Both the position numbers and the translations under genes were made by a program. The notes below the pieces were generated by a model that did no database searches, had not been told where the DNA came from, and saw only the letters and a list, made by a program, of their open reading frames with translations. A DNA stretch of 19,882 bases from Candidatus Fraserbacteria bacterium (lineage in GTDB: Bacteria > Bipolaricaulota > Bipolaricaulia > RBG-16-55-9), in the NCBI GenBank assembly GCA_037443265.1, contig JBBIOR010000025.1, positions 1 to 19,882 on the forward strand, in the 5' to 3' direction. Of this stretch, positions 14,450-19,882 are shown in pieces (the stretch's first letter is position 1; each line of letters starts with the position of its first letter).

Positions 14450-16930
14450 TCAATCGGAAGAAGGGAGCTTCTTGAGATTCTCTTCGATGGTCTTTTGGAG
14501 TTGCTTCAGGGACTCCTGCTCTGATCTCAGGCGGTAGTACGAGTCGAGGGGCAGAGTCTTTCCGGGGGCTAGGATCTCTTCAAGCTGAGAGAGTCTCTCA
14601 TTCACCAGCGCCAGGGCCGCCTGGAAACTCTTGCGAGCTTCTTCGAGCTGGCCCTGCTCGGCCTGCATCTGGCCTAAAGTGGCGAGCATCCGTGGGGATC
14701 CTGATTCTTCAAAGAGCCTTTGGATCTGCTGCAAAGCCTCTGGAATCCGGCCCTGTTTATACCAGAGGAGGGCCTGAAGCTGGCGGGCGTCCAGCTTGAG
14801 AGACGGCTCCGGATCGAGGGCCAGGAGCTGATCGAGATACTTCTGGGCCGCTGCGCGTTCGCCCAAGCGCTCCTCTATCAGGGCCAAATAGAAATAGATG
14901 TTCTCCGTGACGAAGACGGGCAGCGCGCGGGTGAAGAGCTCCCGGCTTCTTTCGAGATCCCCCTGCTGATAGGCGATCAGTCCCAGCCAGTAGAGCGATT
15001 CCGCCGGCGTCAGATCCCATCGGAGGCTCTGCTCGAAGGCCGCCTGCGCACCGGAGAGATCTCCCTCTTTGAGGAGGCGTGTCCCCAGATCGAGGTAGAG
15101 ATCGGCCCGCCAATCCCGATATGCCAAGTAACTTACGGTCAGGGCGACTAGGATCAGACCGGCCGCCAGGAGGTGACTGCTCCTTCCTCCCAAAGAGATC
15201 ACGAGGCTTTCTCGCCCGACCGCCCGCGAGTGGAGGGCTCCCAAGAGGAAGATCAGCACAAGGGCATTGGCCGGAAGATGCAAGGGAAAACTGAAGATCG
15301 AGTCGCTCATGAAAGCGACTATGCCCGCAAAGAGCCCGATGATCAAGCCGGCATGCTCCCAAGATGGGCTGGCGCGCAGCCGGCAGATCGCGCTCCAGAA
15401 GAGCGTCGCCAGGAGAAGAGCTGTGGCCAACAGGCCCATAAGGCCCATCTCTGCCATAATTTGCACGTATTCATTATGGGCTTGTGCCGCCCTTACGATG
15501 TAGCCTACGGTCTGGGCATAGTATTGCCCGCGCTCGGTGGCCAGAAACTCTGCTTTATAGGGGAGAAACTCGCGCTTGTAGTCTCCAAGCCCCACTCCGA
15601 CGATGGGCTGATCTTTGAACATCTCATAGCCCACCCACCAGTCCCAGGCGCGGACGTTGGCCGAACTCTTCAACGCTTGTTGATAGAGCGTTTGCACTAG
15701 GCCTTGGCCTAGGGGCGTGAAGGCTCCCAGGAGCAAGGCCAGTCCCAGAGCGGCGCGGCCGAGCCAGCCCCAGCTGTGAGATCGGAAGAGCTTCTCCAGC
15801 CAAGGGATCACCGGGATAAGAATCAGCAGGGCCAGCCCGCCCCAAGCCAGTGGAGAGAAGGGCGAGATGGCCGCCTGGATCGAGGAGAAGCCCACAGCTG
15901 CTCCTTGCACCCAGACGACCGTGGTAAGCAGAAATCCCAGTGTGAAGATCGCTACGCCTGCGGCCAAAGCTGCACCCCATCTCCACTGTTCCCGCAGAAG
16001 ATCCATTCCTCGCAGGAGCCTCACTCCCAGCAGCCAGACGGCCAGCGAGAGCGCGCTGGCCAGCCAGGCGGAATCTGAATCGATGGCCAAAAGAGTCACA
16101 GCGATCAACCCGACGGCCACCAGGGCAAACGATTTGATCCAGGAAGATCGGGCTCCTAAGAGCAGCACGAGCCCCGGCGCAACCAGATACGCGAGAAACC
16201 CACCCAGATAGTTCTTGTTCCCAAAGGTAGAGATGATGGCGGAGACCCCGCCGGACGAGCTCGGCGTCCCCGGCAGGACCCCATAATACTGCAACAGGCC
16301 ATACAGCGAGGCTAACACGGCGGAGAGCAAGAGGGCTCCCAAAAGAAAGCGAATCTCTTGCGGCTCTATGAGGGTATTGGCCAGCCAGAGATAGAAGAGC
16401 CAGAAATAGACGAGCAAGACGACATACTGCAGATCTCCCAGAAGCGTCTGGCCGTTTATCAAAGAGAGCAGGGTGGCTATCAAGATCAGCAGGCCGGGCA
16501 ACGAGAGGTGCGTGAGTTGCAGGCGGATCGGCCCACGCTGGATGATCTCTATGGCCCAGAGGATGGCCAAAAGCGAGATGAAGCCCAAAGAATAGACGGC
16601 CTTGGTGTAGCCGTACTCGCTGTTGCCCAAGTAGATGAGCAGCGGCTGAGTGAATAGAAAGATGGCCGTAAGCCCCAGCTTGGATTTTGGGAGCGCCCAG
16701 AGGAAGAGCCCCAGCGAGCCGGAGGCGAGCACCAACACGTACAAGGCGTTTGTGTCCCCACCCAGAGAGAAGAGGACGATCAAAGGGAGGACGACCAGAG
16801 CCAGAGTGCCCGTGGCGAAGAGCTTCCTGCGGGGATCTCGAATGAGCATGGCCCAGAGCTGGCGTTGAGTCAGCTTCTCAAAGGGGCGCGTCCGGCCCTT
16901 GTGTGGGGAGCGTTTCCTTCCCTTGGGCAT
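14450..16930 (-). CDS. O-antigen ligase / O-oligosaccharyltransferase-like (Wzy_C) polytopic membrane protein with C-terminal TPRs
   Basis: 826 aa with many hydrophobic helices. Motifs: STFGNKNYLGG, R..W..G..MF...P..GVGLG.Y, AHNEYVQIMAEMG..G, FSFPLH. TPR-like repeats follow (YWLGLIAYQQGDLERSRELF; LATLGQMQAEQGQLEEARKSFQAAL). Confidence 0.85.
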   Translation of the reverse strand: MPKGRKRSPHKGRTRPFEKLTQRQLWAMLIRDPRRKLFATGTLALVVLPLIVLFSLGGDTNALYVLVLASGSLGLFLWALPKSKLGLTAIFLFTQPLLIYLGNSEYGYTKAVYSLGFISLLAILWAIEIIQRGPIRLQLTHLSLPGLLILIATLLSLINGQTLLGDLQYVVLLVYFWLFYLWLANTLIEPQEIRFLLGALLLSAVLASLYGLLQYYGVLPGTPSSSGGVSAIISTFGNKNYLGGFLAYLVAPGLVLLLGARSSWIKSFALVAVGLIAVTLLAIDSDSAWLASALSLAVWLLGVRLLRGMDLLREQWRWGAALAAGVAIFTLGFLLTTVVWVQGAAVGFSSIQAAISPFSPLAWGGLALLILIPVIPWLEKLFRSHSWGWLGRAALGLALLLGAFTPLGQGLVQTLYQQALKSSANVRAWDWWVGYEMFKDQPIVGVGLGDYKREFLPYKAEFLATERGQYYAQTVGYIVRAAQAHNEYVQIMAEMGLMGLLATALLLATLFWSAICRLRASPSWEHAGLIIGLFAGIVAFMSDSIFSFPLHLPANALVLIFLLGALHSRAVGRESLVISLGGRSSHLLAAGLILVALTVSYLAYRDWRADLYLDLGTRLLKEGDLSGAQAAFEQSLRWDLTPAESLYWLGLIAYQQGDLERSRELFTRALPVFVTENIYFYLALIEERLGERAAAQKYLDQLLALDPEPSLKLDARQLQALLWYKQGRIPEALQQIQRLFEESGSPRMLATLGQMQAEQGQLEEARKSFQAALALVNERLSQLEEILAPGKTLPLDSYYRLRSEQESLKQLQKTIEENLKKLPSSD

Positions 16931-16939
16931 AAGACGCAG

Positions 16940-18139
16940 TTACTCCCGGAGATGACCTAGGGTGAGCAGAAATGTCTCCAGCTTGCGAGGGACGGCGGGA
17001 AGGAGCTTGGTCCAAAGATCGGGTCGCCTAAGGAGTGCCTTGACTAGCCGGCTAGGATAATCGATGTCCCCCTGTTCGCGCATGAGCGCTAGGATCTCGG
17101 CATCATCCGCGACCTCAAAGATCCTGTTGATCTCCTCGTCGCTCAGTTGGCAGAAGAGCTGATGGGCGAAGAAGCCGAAGCGCAGCTCGCTCTCGAAGAG
17201 GGCCCTCCAGCGCCTTTCGTACTCTAGAAGGCTCTCAAGCGAAGAATCTCCATTGAGGGCGGCTTGCGCGGCCACTTCTCCGGCGATCTTGGCGCAGGTG
17301 ACGGCTGTGAAGATGCCGCCGCCGGAGGTAGGCTTGGCCTGGCCGGCCGCATCCCCCACGAGCAGGACCCCATCGGCTACCGTGCGCTCAACCAGCCCCA
17401 GAGGGATGGCTCCTGCATTGAACTCCACGATCTTTCGGGCGGGAAAGCGCTGCTCCAGCCATTGATCGAGATACGCTCGGGCCTGTTGGGCCTCGTCGGT
17501 ACCGAGTCCCACGCGCGCGTAGCCAGCTGCGGCGGGCACCACCCAGGCAAAGAAATGGGGCGCGATCTTCCGGCCTAAGAAGACCTCCACGTAGTCCGCG
17601 CGCTCGGGCTCATAGGGGATAGTGGCTTGAACGGCGATGATCGTCTTTTTGGGCGGGGGCAGGCCGGCAAAGCGGGCTACGTCGCTCCTTGGCCCATCGG
17701 CTCCGATGATAATCTTCGCCCATATCCACTCCTCACGGCCGCCCTCTCTTACGCGTATACGCCCGGGCTGGTAACCCACAGCCTGCGCACCCAGGCGCAC
17801 TTCAACGCCCGCTCGGCTTGCTTGGCCCATGAGATCGCAGTCGAAGCGCGCGCGATCCATCACATAGGCGTGCGTTTTAGGCTGTTCCAAGGCGATGCGT
17901 CTTCCACTGGGCGCATAGGCAAAAGCTCCGCGGATCTCGCGCAAAATCACGCTTGGATCGGCCCCGGCCTCTTCGAAGCCGCGCACGCTAAGAAGCCCCG
18001 TGCACTGCACAGGCCGGCCAATCTCGCGATGCTCCTCCAGGAGCAATACACGGGCCCCTCGTTCGGCAGCCGTCTTGGCAGCGGTCGCTCCGGCAGGCCC
18101 CCCTCCCACCACCACGATGTCATAGCTGCTATTGGGCAT
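16940..18139 (-). CDS. geranylgeranyl reductase family FAD-dependent oxidoreductase (DGGR-like)
   Basis: Motifs: YDIVVVGGGPAG, IGRPVQCTG, DRARFD, IIGADG, FFAWVVP, LLVGDAAGQAKPTSGGGI. The start is ATG 18139 or ATG 18151; the latter overlaps a predicted -10 box. Confidence 0.88.
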   Translation of the reverse strand: MPNSSYDIVVVGGGPAGATAAKTAAERGARVLLLEEHREIGRPVQCTGLLSVRGFEEAGADPSVILREIRGAFAYAPSGRRIALEQPKTHAYVMDRARFDCDLMGQASRAGVEVRLGAQAVGYQPGRIRVREGGREEWIWAKIIIGADGPRSDVARFAGLPPPKKTIIAVQATIPYEPERADYVEVFLGRKIAPHFFAWVVPAAAGYARVGLGTDEAQQARAYLDQWLEQRFPARKIVEFNAGAIPLGLVERTVADGVLLVGDAAGQAKPTSGGGIFTAVTCAKIAGEVAAQAALNGDSSLESLLEYERRWRALFESELRFGFFAHQLFCQLSDEEINRIFEVADDAEILALMREQGDIDYPSRLVKALLRRPDLWTKLLPAVPRKLETFLLTLGHLRE

Positions 18140-18149
18140 AACGTCGGGC

Positions 18150-18179
18150 ATGATAGCACATGGCCCCCAGCGGCGTAAA
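18150..18179 (-). promoter_or_regulatory. candidate sigma70 promoter for the reductase-ligase genes
   Basis: Minus strand: TTTACG (18179-18174), 18 nt, TATCAT (18155-18150), with an extended -10 (TGCTATCAT). Confidence 0.5.
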
Positions 18180-18240
18180 ATGCGATTGGCTCCGCTTAGG
18201 GAGACCGTAGCCGCGTTTTGATGCGCATCGCTCCTCCCCT

Positions 18241-19881
18241 TTAGATTTCTTTCAGCAAGATCCGGGCATCCACCACGCGCGCGCCCTTTCCCTTTGGGAA
18301 GACCATCAAGGGGTTGATGTCCAACTCTTCAATATCTTCGAGCTCTTGGGCCAGCTGCGAAAGTCTGAGCAGACACTCAGCGATGGCTTCAAAGTCTGAG
18401 GGGGGTTCGCCCCGGAAGCCTTCTAAAATTTTGAAGCTGCGAATCTGACGGATCATGCGATAGGCTCCCAACTCGCGAATGGGAGCCATTCTAAAAGTCA
18501 CATCCCGGAGGGCTTCGACGTAGATGCCACCTAGGCCGAACATCAACAAGGGGCCGAAATGGGGATCGCGCTTGAGCCCTAGAATCGTCTCCTTGCCCCC
18601 CCTGAGAAATTCTTGCACGAAGACGCCCCAGATCTGAGCTTGGGGCTTCTCTTGCCTCACGCTCGAGAGCAGCTCGCGATAGGCCCGGCGCAGCTCTTCT
18701 TCATTCTGGAGGTTGAGCTTGACGCCTCCGACGTCGACTTTGTGAACGATCTCGGGAGAGACGATCTTGAGGACCACCGGATAGCCCAGCTGTTGGGCGG
18801 CTTGTGCGGCTTCGTCTTCTGTTTTCGCCAGGCGAAAGTTGAGCACGGGGAAGCCATAGGCTTTAAGCAGCGCCTGGGCTTCGGGCTCAGGCAGAAATTT
18901 TCTGCTTTCAGCACGGGCCCTTGCGAGAATCTCTTGGGCTTTCGCGCGATCCACATCGGGAAAGATCTTGATCTCTGTGCGCGGGCGATGGATCCAGCTT
19001 TGAAACTGCGCCATTTGAGCCAGCGCCCGGGCGGCATCTTCCGGGAAGCGATAGTGCGGGAGCTTGGCTTCTTCTAAAATTTTGAGGGCCGGGCCGATGT
19101 GTTCTAGGGCCATAAAGCACACAAGAAGTGGCTTCTTGTGCTCTTGGGCGCTCTGGACGACGGCCCGGGCGATGGCCTCAAGATCTGCGGTCATCTGCGG
19201 CGTGCAGATCACTATACAAGCGTCGACGCGCTCATCGGCTAGCACCGCGCGCAGGGCCAACTCATAGCGATCTTCCCGTGCGTCTCCAATGAGATCGACG
19301 GGATTCTGGACGCTGGCGGCCGGCGGCAAGCCCTGCCGCAGAGCTTGCTGAGTCTGCTCGCTTAGCTCCGGGATCTTCAGGCCGTATCTCACGCAGGCAT
19401 CCGTGGCCATGATGGCGGGCCCGCCGGCGTTGGTCACAATGGCCACGCGCTCGCCCTGAGGCAGCGGCTGCTGCGCGAAGGCTACGGCATACTCAAACAG
19501 TTCCTCTAGGGATTCTACACGGAGCACGCCGCACTGCATGAAGAGCGAATCATAGACCTCATCGGAGCCGGCCAAAGCTCCAGTATGCGAGGAGGCCGCT
19601 TTGGCTCCTTCGCGCGTCCGGCCGCTCTTGATGGCCAATATGGGCTTCTGGGCCGTGATCTCACGGGCCAGCGCGATAAAGCCCTTGGGGTCTTCAAGAT
19701 CCTCCAAATAGAGCAAGATGACGTCCGTGTGGGGATCTAACGCCAAGGCGGCCAGCATGTCGTTCTCGTTGAGATGGGCCTTGTTGCCCACGGAGATGAA
19801 TTTCGAGAGCCCGATTTCAAAGCCCTCGGCGTATTCCAGGGCGGCTATCCCCACGGCTCCGCTTTGGGAGACGAAGGCGAT
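18241..19881 (-). CDS. acetate--CoA ligase (ADP-forming) / NDP-forming acyl-CoA synthetase, fused alpha-beta; 5' end outside the window
   Basis: The frame is open to the window edge (IAFVSQSGAVGIA...). Motifs: SVGNKA, KSGRT, ASSHTGALAG (phospho-His), TNAGG, NPVDL, ATP-grasp part GYPVVLKIVSPEIVHKVDVGGV, FGPLLMFGLGG, ELDINPL. No GNAT domain at the C-terminus. Confidence 0.9.
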   Translation of the reverse strand: MAFVSQSGAVGIAALEYAEGFEIGLSKFISVGNKAHLNENDMLAALALDPHTDVILLYLEDLEDPKGFIALAREITAQKPILAIKSGRTREGAKAASSHTGALAGSDEVYDSLFMQCGVLRVESLEELFEYAVAFAQQPLPQGERVAIVTNAGGPAIMATDACVRYGLKIPELSEQTQQALRQGLPPAASVQNPVDLIGDAREDRYELALRAVLADERVDACIVICTPQMTADLEAIARAVVQSAQEHKKPLLVCFMALEHIGPALKILEEAKLPHYRFPEDAARALAQMAQFQSWIHRPRTEIKIFPDVDRAKAQEILARARAESRKFLPEPEAQALLKAYGFPVLNFRLAKTEDEAAQAAQQLGYPVVLKIVSPEIVHKVDVGGVKLNLQNEEELRRAYRELLSSVRQEKPQAQIWGVFVQEFLRGGKETILGLKRDPHFGPLLMFGLGGIYVEALRDVTFRMAPIRELGAYRMIRQIRSFKILEGFRGEPPSDFEAIAECLLRLSQLAQELEDIEELDINPLMVFPKGKGARVVDARILLKEI

Positions 19882-19882
19882 G

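Noticed and set aside
18220..18229. Perfect 10-bp palindrome GATGCGCATC downstream of the acyl-CoA synthetase
   Set aside because: It is too short, has no loop or proper terminator geometry, and is plausible by chance.

Overview
A GC-rich, gene-dense bacterial chromosomal window with two convergent gene blocks. I saw no mobile element, CRISPR array or RNA gene. The plus strand carries the 3' end of a probable beta-barrel protein, then ileS (type 2), birA, purA, a short PspA-like gene, an unannotated 35-aa membrane peptide and rplM, which unusually is not followed by rpsI. Next is a three-gene operon of secreted modular proteins (6836-11651). They are built from PKD domains, one vWA/MIDAS domain, a four-times repeated ~120-aa beta-sandwich module (motif NGLGLDExxPxGWxV) and a three-times repeated ~75-aa helical module resembling a degenerate dockerin. 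The minus strand carries a partial ADP-forming acyl-CoA synthetase, a geranylgeranyl-reductase-family flavoprotein, an O-antigen-ligase/O-oligosaccharyltransferase-like membrane protein with TPRs, and secA. secA overlaps the end of the surface operon by 8 bp. Several near-consensus sigma70 promoters are readable and help fix start codons, and a CRP/FNR-type box sits at a class-II-like position upstream of the surface operon. The best candidate for an undescribed system is this operon, a possible self-assembling cohesin/dockerin-like envelope scaffold with a vWA adhesin, perhaps served by the facing reductase-glycosyltransferase-SecA block. From recollection only, the surface modules look archaeal-like and the host may be a deep-branching lineage such as Bipolaricaulota (Acetothermia). 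No searches were run.
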